64,000 nucleotides of DNA from an uncultured Chloroflexia bacterium (GTDB lineage: Bacteria; Chloroflexota; Limnocylindria; Limnocylindrales; CSP1-4), in the NCBI GenBank assembly GCA_963713795.1, contig CAVQNC010000010.1:103966-167965 (forward strand), read 5' to 3'. The position numbers and the translations under genes are program-made. Each line of letters begins with the position of its first letter. Positions within the stretch are counted from its first letter, which is position 1. This document shows positions 10,033 to 20,330 of the stretch, piece after piece. The notes under the pieces were generated by a model. That model had not been told where the DNA came from. It made no database searches and saw only the letters and a list, made by a program, of their open reading frames with translations.

Positions 10033-10303
10033 AGCCCGGTCCGGCCGCCGGAAGAGCCCGGCCCGTCGCGGGAAGAGCCGGGCCGATTCTCGGGATGGCG
10101 CCCTGTGGGCCGACCACGGGTTTCCGTCCGGGCCCCGCGCCCGTCGCCAGGGGATGAGAACCACTTGCGCGACGAGGCCGATCTGGGCGACACTAGCCCG
10201 TGCTCCACGACCGCTGGACCGGAGGCGGGTACCGGCTCGGGAGCCCAAGGTTCGCTGCCGGGGGTCGCCCCTACGGCGCGACTGCGGAAGGCCGGGATCG
10301 CCA

Positions 10304-11676
10304 TGGTTCGCACCCGCGTTGTGATCATGGGAGCCGCTGGGCGCGACTTCCACAACTTCAACGTCGTCTATCGGGACGACCAGGCCGTGGAGGTCGTTGC
10401 TTTCACGGCCGCCACGCAGATCCCAGGCATCGCGGGGCGCCGATACCCGGCCGAGCTGGCCGGGCCGCTCTACCCCGACGGCATCCAGATCGTGGCCGAA
10501 TCCGACCTCGAGCGCCTGCTGGTCGCCGAACGGGTCGACCTCGTGGTGTTCGCCTACAGCGACGTGGCTCACGAGCACGTGATGCACACGGCCAGCAGGG
10601 CGCTGGCGGGCGGCGCCGACTTCGAGCTGCTTGGGCCGGCCCACACGATGCTGCCCAGCACCAAGCCGGTGGTCGCCACCGGCGCCACGCGAACCGGCGC
10701 CGGCAAGAGCCAGACCACTCGCTACATCGCGGCGTTGCTCGAGAAGCAGGGCCTGCGGGTCGTCGTGGTCCGCCATCCCATGCCGTACGGCGACCTCGTG
10801 GCCCAGCGGGTGCAGCGGTATGCCACGTACGCGGACCTGGATCGCTACGACACCACGATCGAGGAGCGCGAGGAATACGAGCCGCATCTCGACGCCGGCC
10901 GAGTCCTCTACGCCGGGGTCGACTACGCGGCGATCCTGCGCCAGGCCGAAGCCGAAGCCGACGTCGTCCTCTGGGACGGCGGCAACAACGACTTCCCGTT
11001 CTACCGGCCGGATCTCTTCGTCGCGGTTGCCGATCCGCTCAGGGCCGGCCACGAGATGCATTACCACCCCGGCGAGACCAACATCCGCCTGGCCGACGTC
11101 GTCGTGATCAACAAGGTGGACTCGGCCACGCCCGCGCAGGTGGCCGAGGTGCGAGCGAACGTGAACTCGATGAATCCCCGGGCGCGAGTCGTTCTGGCCC
11201 GGTCGACCCTGACCCTGCAGGGCGGTGAGATCGCCGGCAAGCGGGTGGCGGTCGTCGAGGACGGCCCTACGCTCACGCACGGCGGCATGACCTACGGTGC
11301 CGGCGTTGTCGCGGCGCGGCGGTTCGGGGCGGCCGAACTCGTGGACCCGGTGCCTTTCGCGGTCGGCCAGCTGGCCGAGACGCTGGGCCGCTATCCGGCA
11401 CTGGAGCACCTGATCCCGGCCATGGGCTACGGCCAGGGCCAGATGCACGAGCTGGAGACCACGCTCAACGCGATGCCGGTCGACCTGGTGCTCTCGGCCA
11501 CGCCGATCGACCTGACGCGGGTCCTCAAACTGGACAAGCCGGTCGTGCGCGTCCGCTACGAGCTCGAGGAGCTCGCCGGAGACGAGCCCGGACACGGCGA
11601 ATCGAACCTGACCCAACTTCTCGCCCCAATCGTCGAGCGGGCCCGGGCCGGCCTGCGCGCGGAGACAAGCCGCTAG
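10304..11676 (+). CDS. cpgS-like (cyclic 2,3-diphosphoglycerate synthetase homologue) P-loop protein, function unknown in bacteria
   Basis: ATG at 10304 preceded by GGAAGG. 457 aa, matching archaeal cpgS length. Walker A TGATRTGAGKSQTT. The N-terminal 66 residues of the track ORF (from 10105) look non-coding. The stop lies 12 nt before the OTC start. Confidence 0.55.
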
Positions 11677-11687
11677 CCGGAGGGACT

Positions 11688-12632
11688 GTGATGACGCGCC
11701 ACCTTCTGACTTTGGATTCCCTCGGGCGCGAAGGGATCCTGGTCAACCTCGACATGGCCGGCCGACTCAAGAGCGCCAGGGGGATGGCGCGGGAGGCGCT
11801 CCCGGGCGGGCGGCTGGGCCTCATCTTCGACAAGCCGTCGACGCGGACGCGGGTCAGTTTCGAGGCCGCGGCCTGGGGCCTCGGCATGCTGCCGATCACG
11901 CTCCGACCCGATGAACTGCAGCTGGGGCGGGGCGAGACGATCGCCGACACGGCGCGGGTCCTGTCCCGCTACCTGACGGCGCTCGCGATTCGGACGTTCG
12001 ACCAGGCGAGGGTCGAGGAGCTGGCTCGCTACGCCACGATCCCGATCATCAACGCCCTGACCGACGACCATCATCCGTGCCAGGCCCTGGCGGACGTCAT
12101 GACCCTGCGGGAGGAGTTCGGCGAGCTGAAGGGGCTCCGGGTGGCCTTTATCGGCGACGGCAACAACGTCTGCAACTCTCTGATCCAGGCGGCCGGCTAC
12201 CTGGGTTTCACCATGGCCATATCAACGCCTGAGGGCTACGAGTCGAACGCCGCCGTCGTCGAGGCGGCCACGGCGAATTGCCGCGTCAACGGCGGTGCGA
12301 TCGAGCTCGGACATGACGTTCGGGCGGCCGCGCGCGGCGCCGACGCCGTCTACACGGACGTCTGGGCGAGCATGGGGCAGGAGAAGGAACGCGAGGAGCG
12401 AGCCCGGGTCTTTGCCGGGTACTGCGTGACTCCCGAGCTGATGGGTCTGGCGGCGCCGCGGGCGATATTCCTGCACTGCCTGCCGGCCCATCGCGGCGAT
12501 GAGGTACTCGACGAGGTGATCGACGGCCCCTGGTCACGGGTCTGGAACGAGGCCGAGAACCGCTGGTACACCGAGCAGGCGCTGCTCTACAAGCTCATCA
12601 CCGGCGAGGAACACCCGGAGCGCGTGGGATGA
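11688..12632 (+). CDS. arcB: Ornithine carbamoyltransferase
   Basis: STRTR carbamoyl-phosphate motif, HCLP motif, DxxxSMG (DVWASMGQE). 314 aa. Confidence 0.85.
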   Translation: MMTRHLLTLDSLGREGILVNLDMAGRLKSARGMAREALPGGRLGLIFDKPSTRTRVSFEAAAWGLGMLPITLRPDELQLGRGETIADTARVLSRYLTALAIRTFDQARVEELARYATIPIINALTDDHHPCQALADVMTLREEFGELKGLRVAFIGDGNNVCNSLIQAAGYLGFTMAISTPEGYESNAAVVEAATANCRVNGGAIELGHDVRAAARGADAVYTDVWASMGQEKEREERARVFAGYCVTPELMGLAAPRAIFLHCLPAHRGDEVLDEVIDGPWSRVWNEAENRWYTEQALLYKLITGEEHPERVG

Positions 12633-13597
12633 CCCGGCTGGCCATCGCCCTCGGCGGCAACGCGCTGATAAGGCGGGGCGAGCCGGGCTCCACGGAGGTC
12701 CAGCGCCGCAACCTGGTGGCTGCGGCGCGCGGCCTCGTCACGCTGGCCGAGGGCAGCCGGGCCGAGATCGTCGTCACCCACGGAAATGGACCGCAGGTCG
12801 GATTCCTGGCCATCGGAGCGGAGATGGCCGCCTCGGTGGTGCCGGCGCCGCCGCTCGACGTGCTCGGCGCGGAGACGCAGGGTCAGATCGGCTACCTGCT
12901 GGCACAGGCCCTCAACGATGCCTTCCTCGAGCGCGGCCGCAGGCGGGAGATGGCCGTCATCGTGACGCGGACGGTCGTCCCGGCCGACGATCCGGCCTTC
13001 GCCAACCCGTCCAAGCCCGTCGGGCCGGTTTACGACGAAGCCACGGCCCGAGAGCACGCGGCATCGCGCGGTTGGACGGTTGCCCCGGACGGCAAGAACT
13101 GGCGGCGCGTCGTGCCGTCGCCGCCGCCGATCCGGATCGTCGAGGCGGCCGCCATCCGCTCCCTGGTCGACGCCGGGATCCTGGTCGTGGCCTCCGGGGG
13201 TGGGGGAGTGCCCGTGGTCGAGCTGCCCGACGGCCGCCTGGAGGGCGTGGAAGCGGTCATCGACAAGGATCTCGCGGCGGTCGTGCTGGCGAGGTCCGTC
13301 GACGCGGATGGGCTGCTGCTGCTGAGCGACGTCGACGCGGTCTACCGGCGCTGGGGCACGCCGCGGCAGGAGCCGATCCTGCGGCTTTCCGTCGAGGAGG
13401 CGAGGGAGGGGCTTGCCGCCGGCTTCTGGCCTTCGGGCTCGATGGCGCCGAAGGTTCGAGCCTGCGCCGAGTTCGTCGCCGGCGGAGGTAGATTCGCCGC
13501 AATCGGCGCACTGGAGAACGCCGTGGCCATCGTCAAGGGCAGCTCCGGCACCTGGTTCGGCGCCGAGTCGACGGGCCTGCCGCGCCGGGCCGCCTGA
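12629..13597 (+). CDS. arcC: Carbamate kinase
   Basis: N-terminal AIALGGNAL motif of the amino-acid-kinase family. 322 aa. ATGA overlap with the OTC gene. Confidence 0.8.
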   Translation: MTRLAIALGGNALIRRGEPGSTEVQRRNLVAAARGLVTLAEGSRAEIVVTHGNGPQVGFLAIGAEMAASVVPAPPLDVLGAETQGQIGYLLAQALNDAFLERGRRREMAVIVTRTVVPADDPAFANPSKPVGPVYDEATAREHAASRGWTVAPDGKNWRRVVPSPPPIRIVEAAAIRSLVDAGILVVASGGGGVPVVELPDGRLEGVEAVIDKDLAAVVLARSVDADGLLLLSDVDAVYRRWGTPRQEPILRLSVEEAREGLAAGFWPSGSMAPKVRACAEFVAGGGRFAAIGALENAVAIVKGSSGTWFGAESTGLPRRAA

Positions 13598-13634
13598 GGC
13601 CGCCGGCTGCCTTGCATGAGACGGAGGAACTCGG

Positions 13635-14393
13635 ATGGAGCGACCTGATTTCGACCTGTCCGGACAGGTGGCGCTGGTCACCGGCGCCGGGAGAGGGATC
13701 GGCCGCGACCTCGGGCGGGCGCTGGCGGCCTGCGGCGCCCACGTCCTTGCCGGCGTGCGCGACCCGGGCGCTGCCGGCGTCGCCTGGACGGCACCGGCGG
13801 GGGGCAGCGTTGAGCCCGTCGGCATCGACGTGACGGACGTCGCCGGGACGCGCGCCGCCGTGGACGCGGCCGTTCGGGCCCACGACCGGATAGACATCCT
13901 GGTCAACAACGCCGGGCTCGGAGCGAACCACGACGCCCTCGACGTGAGCGAGTCCGACTGGGACGAGATGATGGCCGTCAACCTCAAGGGCCTCTTCTTC
14001 ACGAGCCAGGCCGTCGGCCGGCACATGGTCGAGCGAGGTTACGGCCGCATCGTCAACATCAGCTCCCAGGCCGGGCTCGTCGGCATCCGCCGCCATGCCG
14101 TCTATTCCGCGAGCAAGGGCGGCGTGAACCTGCTGACCAAGGTCCTGGCGCTCGAGTGGGCGCCGTTCGGCGTCACGGTCAACGCCATAGCCCCGACCTG
14201 GATCTACACGCCCGGGACGGCGGAGCGCCTCGACGACCCGGCCTTCCTGGCCGGCGTCCTGGCCAGGATTCCCGTCGGTCGGGTCGGAACCACCGACGAC
14301 GTCGCGGCCGCGGTCGTCTTCCTCTCGTCCCGTGCCGCCGGCCTGGTGACGGGTGCCGTCCTGCCGGTCGACGGCGGCTGGACGGCCCAGTAG
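13635..14393 (+). CDS. SDR-family oxidoreductase (3-oxoacyl-ACP reductase-like)
   Basis: TGAGRGIG Rossmann motif and catalytic YSASK; 252 aa; 38 nt after the carbamate kinase gene. Confidence 0.8.
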   Translation: MERPDFDLSGQVALVTGAGRGIGRDLGRALAACGAHVLAGVRDPGAAGVAWTAPAGGSVEPVGIDVTDVAGTRAAVDAAVRAHDRIDILVNNAGLGANHDALDVSESDWDEMMAVNLKGLFFTSQAVGRHMVERGYGRIVNISSQAGLVGIRRHAVYSASKGGVNLLTKVLALEWAPFGVTVNAIAPTWIYTPGTAERLDDPAFLAGVLARIPVGRVGTTDDVAAAVVFLSSRAAGLVTGAVLPVDGGWTAQ

Positions 14394-14518
14394 GGGACGG
14401 CGTGGACGCGGCCGCGTGATACCACTTCCGGCGGCCGCCGCCACGCCGCCCCATACCACTCGGCCGGCCGCCACGCCGCCCCATGCCACTCGGCCGGGAC
14501 GAGCCCGCCCGCCGGCGT

Positions 14519-16303
14519 TCATTCGTAGGCGCTGGCCTGCAGCTCGTACAGCTCGGAGTAGAGGCCGCGGTTGCGCATCAGCTGGGCGTGAGGGCCCGCC
14601 TCGACCACCTTGCCGTCCGCGACGACCACGATGAGATCGGCCATGCGGACAGTCGAGAACCGGTGTGAGACCAGGACGGTGATCCCGCCCGTGGCCCGGC
14701 CGACTCGCCGCGCCCCCTCGGCGTAGCGTTCGAAGAGGTTGTGCTCCGCCTCCGCGTCGAGGGCGGCGGTGGGCTCGTCGAGGATCAGCACGAGCGGCAT
14801 CTCGCGCATCATCGAGCGGCCGAGGGCGAGCTTCTGCCACTGGCCGCCGGAGAGTTCGGTGCCTTCCGTGTAGGACTTGCCGAGTTGCGTGGACAGGCCC
14901 TGCTCGAGGCGCCCGACGACGTCGCCGGCGTGCGCGCGGTCAAGGGCCGCCTCCACGGCGGGCTGCTCGTCCATTTGCGGCAGGTCGCCCACGCCGACCG
15001 TGCGGCGGGCCACGAACTCGAAGCGCGCGAAGTCCTGGAAGCCCGTGGCGATGCGATGTCGCCATGCATCCAGCGGAAGGCGGGCCAGGTCCGCGCCGTC
15101 GACCGAGATGGCCCCGCTGCTGGGCTCGTAGAAACGGCACAGGAGCTTGACCAGCGTGCTCTTTCCGGCGCCGTTCTCGCCGACGATCGCCACCGTGGAG
15201 CCGGCGGGCACGACCAGGTTCACGCCCTCCAGAACGGCGCGGTCGGTGCCCGGGTAGTGGAAGGACACGTTCTCGAAACGGATGCCGCTCTCCAGGCGCT
15301 CCGGCACGGGCAGATCGCCTTCGGCCGGCTCACGCTCGGCGATGTACGTCTCCAGCCAGGTGAATCGGGTGTACGCCCGGGCGATGCGCTGCAGGTCGTG
15401 CAGGAGCGAGACGGCCGAGGAGACCTGCTGGTTGACCTGGGCGGCGAGGGTGATGGCGAGGACTACGTCGCCGACGCTCCGGCTCCCGGAGATCGCGTCG
15501 GCCACCACGAGCAGGACGCCCGCCACGTACCCGGCCGCGAAGACGAGCTGGCCGGCGGCACGGAGCGCCGTGGCCTCCAGCTGTGCCCGCCACAGGCGCC
15601 GCGTGGTGCGCTCCCACAGATCCCGGTGGCGCCGCCGGATCTCTTCCTGGAGGCGGAATACTCGCAGCTCCTTGGCCGGGCCGGCGCTCGTGGCGAGACG
15701 GAAGAGATGCATGGCCAGGCGCGTGTCTGCGGCGGTCGCGTCGCGAGACCTGTCGATGAGCTCCTGGGCCTTGCGGCCGGCGTACAGCGGCGGAACCGCC
15801 ACCAGGGGAAGCAGCAACAGGATGGGGTTGACCAGGGCCAGGAGGATTCCGGTCAGGGCGATGGCCACGGCCAGGCTCGACAGGGCCAGTACCGCGTAGA
15901 AGCCGTCCTGGATCTGCTGCAGTTCAGTCTCGAGGACGCTGAGCCGGTCGGCGTATTCCGGGCGCTCCTGGTGCTCTATCCCGGCGGAGCCGTTGCTCAG
16001 CGCCACGAGGCGCAGCTCCATGTCGAGGGTGTTGATCTCCGATAGCTCGAAGTAGGCGATGTGGGCGAAGTGGCCGAGCGTGAGCGTGCCGATGACGCAG
16101 GCGCCGACCGCGACTCCGGCGATCGCCGCAGAAGTGCCGTCGCCGGCGATCGCGGCGTTGGTCAGTCCCTTCATCGCCAGGGCCATGAGCGGAGCCGCCA
16201 CCGCATTGCCAAGTACCAGGACGAGGGCGGCGGCCGTCTTCGCAGGGTTCTGCCGCCACGACAGGCGGAGCAGCCAGGCCGCGCTCCGAAGGGCGTCGCT
16301 CAT
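14519..16303 (-). CDS. ABC exporter, fused permease-ATPase half transporter (MsbA/type I exporter fold)
   Basis: Six-TM N-terminal domain plus an NBD with Walker A GENGAGKST, signature LSGGQWQK and Walker B LILDEPTAALD. Confidence 0.85.
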   Translation of the reverse strand: MSDALRSAAWLLRLSWRQNPAKTAAALVLVLGNAVAAPLMALAMKGLTNAAIAGDGTSAAIAGVAVGACVIGTLTLGHFAHIAYFELSEINTLDMELRLVALSNGSAGIEHQERPEYADRLSVLETELQQIQDGFYAVLALSSLAVAIALTGILLALVNPILLLLPLVAVPPLYAGRKAQELIDRSRDATAADTRLAMHLFRLATSAGPAKELRVFRLQEEIRRRHRDLWERTTRRLWRAQLEATALRAAGQLVFAAGYVAGVLLVVADAISGSRSVGDVVLAITLAAQVNQQVSSAVSLLHDLQRIARAYTRFTWLETYIAEREPAEGDLPVPERLESGIRFENVSFHYPGTDRAVLEGVNLVVPAGSTVAIVGENGAGKSTLVKLLCRFYEPSSGAISVDGADLARLPLDAWRHRIATGFQDFARFEFVARRTVGVGDLPQMDEQPAVEAALDRAHAGDVVGRLEQGLSTQLGKSYTEGTELSGGQWQKLALGRSMMREMPLVLILDEPTAALDAEAEHNLFERYAEGARRVGRATGGITVLVSHRFSTVRMADLIVVVADGKVVEAGPHAQLMRNRGLYSELYELQASAYE

Positions 16304-18258
16304 CGAACGACCTCCAGCGCCGGGCCGCTGCCCGAGGTGGCTCCGCTCGTCGTATCTCCATCCCCGACCAGGTCGGCGGCGTCGACCGACTCAGTCTCGG
16401 CCTCATCCTCCGTGAACCGCTGGGCCTGCAGGCGGAAGAGCTCGGCATACCGGCCGTCCGCCGCAAGGAGCTCTTCGTGGGTGCCCTGCTCGATGACCTT
16501 GCCGCCGGCCAGGACCACGATGCCGTCGGCGTGCCGCACGCTCGAGAAACGGTGGGAAATCAGGATGGCGGTCGCCCCGCGGGTGACGTCGACGAACTTG
16601 TCGAAGAACGCGGCCTCGGCCCTGACGTCGAGGGCGGCGGTCGGCTCGTCCAGGACCAGGATCGAAGCGCCGTTCTCCAGGGCGAATAGCGCGCGGGCGA
16701 TGGCCACGCGCTGCCACTGGCCGCCCGAGAGCTCCGCGCCGTTCTCGTACTGGCGCGCCAGCGGCGTGTCCAGGCCGAGCGGCAGCCGCTCGAGCGTGGT
16801 GAGGATCCCGGCGCGCCTGGCCGCCGCGCGGACGCGTTCGCGGTCCTCGCTCAGCTCGATCGCCCCGAAGCCGATGTTCTCGGCCGCCGTGAACTCGTAT
16901 CGATTGAAGTCCTGGAAGATGACCCCGATCTGGCGGCGCCAGTCATCGATGGCGAAGGAGCGGATGTCTGTCCCGTCGACGAGGAGGCGCCCGGACGTTG
17001 GCTCGTACAGACGGGCCAGGAGCTTGACGAGGGTCGTCTTGCCGGCGCCGTTGAGGCCGACGATGGCGGTGCATCTGCCGGCCGGGAGAACCAGGTCCAG
17101 GCCGTCTAGCACGGGCCTGTCCGATCCGGGATAGTGGAAGTGGATCTGCTCCAGCCGGATCTCCCTCGCGGGCAGGCATAGCGGGTCCCGGCGCGGCTCC
17201 AGCTGGACGGCCTTCTCGTCGAAGTCGGCCACGCCGCGTTCGAATGCCTGGACGCCGTCGTAGGCGAACATCCCGAACTGCGTCTGGGTGTCCGACTCGG
17301 GGAAGCTCTCCCCCAGTCGGAGCGCGCCGAGCGCCGCCTGGAGGCTGACGGCCAGCTCGGTCAGCGTCAGGCCGCCGGCGGCCGCGGTCATACCGATCGC
17401 GGCCAGCGTCACAGCCGCGATGGCGAGCCCGAAGGCCGTGTATACGAGATAGGGGCCGAGGTAGATGCGCCGTCTCTCGGACCAGATCTGGCCGAGCAAC
17501 GTCATCTGGAGCTCTCGGTAGGTGGCGGCGAGCCAGCCCGCCAGGCCGAAGACCCGGATCTCCTTGCCGGCCGCGGGTGCCATCGCCGTGGCCCTGTAAT
17601 AGCGGGATTCGCGGCGGATGGCGATGTTTCTGGCGAAGAGCCGGCCGTACGTCCGAAGGCCGCCCCGGTTGCCCTTGCGGAAGGTCATCGTGGCTGCTAC
17701 GAGGGCCGCGGCGGCCGGCCAGGAGAAGATCAGGCCGACGACAAAGGCGAACCCGACGAGCTGTGTGTAGCGAGCTACGAGGGCCAGCAGACCGGCGCAG
17801 GCCAGCCCGGGCGTTCGGAAGGATTGCTCGAGCGTCGTGGCGGCCTGGGTCAGGTCGTCCAGCAGCCGCTGATCCTCCAGCGGGCCTATCCCGGTGCTCT
17901 GCAGCGATGCTCCGATCAGGCGGCCGTAGACGCGGCCGTCGATCCGGCGAGCCATCAGCTCACCCAGCGAAACCTGCAGCGGGGCAAGGATCTGCTGGGC
18001 CACGAAGGCGGCGGCCGCCAGGACGAACGCCCAGACTAGCGATTGCCACTCGGCGGAGCCGAGTCCGCCGGTCACGGCCGCCGGTACGCGGCCGATCATC
18101 ACGCTCGTGGCCAGCACGAACATCACCGGCAGGATGCCGAGCAGGAGATTCACGATCAGCAGTACGCAGGCCAGCCCTGTCCCACCGGAGGGAACGAGCG
18201 CGGCGATGCGCTGATAGCTTCTCGAGACGTCGCCGACGCCTCGAAGGTAGTTCCTCAT
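16300..18258 (-). CDS. ABC exporter, fused permease-ATPase half transporter (partner of the downstream gene)
   Basis: TM domain plus an NBD with Walker A GLNGAGKTT, signature LSGGQWQR and Walker B LVLDEPTAALD; 4-nt overlap with the partner gene. Confidence 0.85.
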   Translation of the reverse strand: MRNYLRGVGDVSRSYQRIAALVPSGGTGLACVLLIVNLLLGILPVMFVLATSVMIGRVPAAVTGGLGSAEWQSLVWAFVLAAAAFVAQQILAPLQVSLGELMARRIDGRVYGRLIGASLQSTGIGPLEDQRLLDDLTQAATTLEQSFRTPGLACAGLLALVARYTQLVGFAFVVGLIFSWPAAAALVAATMTFRKGNRGGLRTYGRLFARNIAIRRESRYYRATAMAPAAGKEIRVFGLAGWLAATYRELQMTLLGQIWSERRRIYLGPYLVYTAFGLAIAAVTLAAIGMTAAAGGLTLTELAVSLQAALGALRLGESFPESDTQTQFGMFAYDGVQAFERGVADFDEKAVQLEPRRDPLCLPAREIRLEQIHFHYPGSDRPVLDGLDLVLPAGRCTAIVGLNGAGKTTLVKLLARLYEPTSGRLLVDGTDIRSFAIDDWRRQIGVIFQDFNRYEFTAAENIGFGAIELSEDRERVRAAARRAGILTTLERLPLGLDTPLARQYENGAELSGGQWQRVAIARALFALENGASILVLDEPTAALDVRAEAAFFDKFVDVTRGATAILISHRFSSVRHADGIVVLAGGKVIEQGTHEELLAADGRYAELFRLQAQRFTEDEAETESVDAADLVGDGDTTSGATSGSGPALEVVR

Positions 18259-18449
18259 CGGAGCGAGGATCCCCGGTCCCAGGTGACGGAGGGCACAGTC
18301 TATCAGCCCTCCGTTCGTCCAAATCCAGACGAATCCCGCGGCCCGACTGTTCGCCGGACACCGGCACGCTCGCCGCGGCGGTTGCCGTGGCCGCCGCTCC
18401 AGCCTGTCTTCGGCTTGCTACGAGGTGCGTTCGGCCGGTCGATCCGGGT

Positions 18450-19004
18450 TCAGGCGGGAGTTCCGAACCCGAACCGCGCCGAGAGCCGGCCCGCGAACTC
18501 GGCTCGAACCGTGGCCGCGTCATCGCGGGACATCTCGAGCTCGCTGGCGATCTCGTCCATCGTGGCACTCTCGGTGCCGCTGATGGCGTCGTCGGCCGCG
18601 CAGACCCGGTAGCAGGCCCGCATGACCGTCATCCGCTGCTCGATGGTGGAGTGCTCGCGAAACTCCCGCGTGACCAGGTAGTCGCTCGTGCCGCCCGAGG
18701 TCTTCTCCTGGAGTTTGGCCATCTCCACGACCAGGACCGCCTGCGACGGGTCGAGCCCCGACTCGGTCAGCTCCTGCTCCATCGCCGCCGTCTCAGCGTC
18801 GCTGATCTCCAGGTCGGCGTAAGCCGCCCGCGCCAGGAGATAGGCGGTGCCGGCGAGAAGCCTGGCCACGTCGGGCGGAAGGGCTTCGAGCCTGGCGACG
18901 ATTCGGCGGACCGCCTCGGTCTCGTCGGACAGGGGCGGCGCGGGCTGGACGGCATTGCCGTGCGACGGCTCGCCGGGACGACTCCCCAGAAAACGCATGA
19001 AGGA
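18450..19004 (-). CDS. TerB-like (tellurite-resistance TerB fold) protein
   Basis: Acidic helical repeats (DLEISDAETAAMEQELT, ISGTESATMDEIASELEMSRDDAA). Start taken as the GTG 3 nt after AAAGGAGAG, not the upstream ATG of the track ORF. Confidence 0.45.
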   Translation of the reverse strand, partial: SFMRFLGSRPGEPSHGNAVQPAPPLSDETEAVRRIVARLEALPPDVARLLAGTAYLLARAAYADLEISDAETAAMEQELTESGLDPSQAVLVVEMAKLQEKTSGGTSDYLVTREFREHSTIEQRMTVMRACYRVCAADDAISGTESATMDEIASELEMSRDDAATVRAEFAGRLSARFGFGTPA

Positions 19005-19058
19005 CACTGGCTCTCCTTTGGTCGCGGCGTGGGCTCGGCGCATTGTCGCCGCAGCCGA

Positions 19059-19820
19059 TCAGGCGTGGGTGAACAGCAGGTGCAGCTCCATGGTGCCCTG
19101 GTCGTCAACGGAGAGCACGGAGAAGCTGTTCGGTTTCTGGATCGAGTAGTCGGCGAATAGTATCGGCAGGGATCCTGTTACCGCGATCAGGCCGCCCTGC
19201 CGAACGGCCTGCAGGGCGATCGTCACCGTCCTGGTGACACCGTGGAGCGTCAGCGCGCCGGTGGCGTCGACGGCGACGGTCGTGCCCTGGGCCGGCAGCG
19301 CTCCGAGGTCGATGGCCTTGGTCGTCTTGAATGTCGCGGTTGGGTACGTGTCCGTCTGCAGCGCCTGGCTCCGCAGCTGGTTGTCGCGCTGAGGGCTGTC
19401 GCTGGTCAGCGCGGTCAGGTCGGCTGTGATCTGGACGTTCTCGACGACGGCTCCCGCTAGCGTAATCGATCCGGTGACCTGCGTCGTCCGGCCCACGGCG
19501 GTGTGGCCGCCGATGCCCACCAGCTGCTCCTGGACGCGATAGCCGACGAACGAGGCGGTCCCATTTCCAATCGACCCGAGGCTGGTGTCAACGTTCCAGG
19601 TTCCGCCGAGCGAGGCCGGGGCGGTCACCGCCGCGCCGCCGGGCAGCGCCGGCGCGGCGGTGACCGCTGCCGGGGCACTCGGACCGACGAGCACGTACCA
19701 GAGGCCGTAACCGCCCGCGGCCACGATTGCGATCGCCAGGACCGCCAGGCCGACCACCAGGCGCCTGCGGTGCGTTCGACTGCCGGCTGAAGGCCGGTCC
19801 CCGGGAGCGGATGTACTCAT
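19059..19820 (-). CDS. YceI-like (lipid/polyisoprenoid-binding) protein with an N-terminal membrane anchor
   Basis: One TM helix (LVVGLAVLAIAIVAAGGYGLWYV), then a YceI-type beta-barrel region. Start chosen at the ATG after GAGGCA. Confidence 0.5.
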   Translation of the reverse strand: MSTSAPGDRPSAGSRTHRRRLVVGLAVLAIAIVAAGGYGLWYVLVGPSAPAAVTAAPALPGGAAVTAPASLGGTWNVDTSLGSIGNGTASFVGYRVQEQLVGIGGHTAVGRTTQVTGSITLAGAVVENVQITADLTALTSDSPQRDNQLRSQALQTDTYPTATFKTTKAIDLGALPAQGTTVAVDATGALTLHGVTRTVTIALQAVRQGGLIAVTGSLPILFADYSIQKPNSFSVLSVDDQGTMELHLLFTHA

Positions 19821-20330
19821 CGATTTGCCTCGGGCGCGGGACATGCCTGGCTGGCCCGCCTGCGGCGGGTGCCAGTCGAACCTATCCGGGACGGCTGAAG
19901 TGCGGTTGAAGATCACGTCGCCCGCGCGCCACGTGGAACCACCCTTGTAGCAGAGGAGCGCCGGTGGTCGTGGCCGCGATGGCCGCCGACCCGTCTTCGG
20001 CGAGGTCCGGACGAGTCAAGGGCGACCTCCCCGCCCGGTCCAGGCTCCCGGGTCGGCCGGATCACCGACCCGTCTTCTGCCCGGAGCGCCGCTCCGCTGA
20101 CCAACGCAGGTGAAGAAGCACTCCAGACCAGGTGTCACTTTCTTCAGCAAACCTGGCCTCTGGAGCCCGGGTTGAATTCAACAAGGACGGGTAGGAGCGA
20201 AATACTGCCCGAATGGGTGGTTGCGGGCTGGTCTAAGACAAAGACCAAAGCATCGGCTCTCTAGTCAGGGCCAGGGCGATCGTCACTTCGTCCCGATATC
20301 ACCAGCCTCTTCCCGTCCGGAGGACAAACC

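Noticed and set aside
10105-10303. N-terminal 66-codon extension of the cpgS-like ORF in the track
   Set aside because: The extension is low-complexity (PRPSPGDENH...) with no RBS. The internal ATG at 10304 has a GGAAGG RBS and gives an archaeal cpgS-like length.
8560-11616. 1018-aa ORF on the minus strand (and similar long antisense ORFs: 3068..4639, 5900..7579, 12587..14026, 13533..14840, 24084..25622, 38455..40116, 46771..48474, 48471..49736, 61679..62803, 62788..63906)
   Set aside because: Each lies antisense to, or out of frame with, genes that have clear family motifs, RBSs and operon coupling. The translations are Arg/Pro/Gly-rich with no motifs. Long stop-free antisense frames are expected in 70% GC DNA.
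20100-20300. Imperfect inverted repeat GTGAAGAAGCAC...TGTCACTTTCTTCAG in the low-GC gap upstream of the CAP-domain gene
   Set aside because: Only a 7-bp stem with a 23-nt loop and no clear promoter alignment. It may be a regulator site, but the evidence is too weak to list as a feature.
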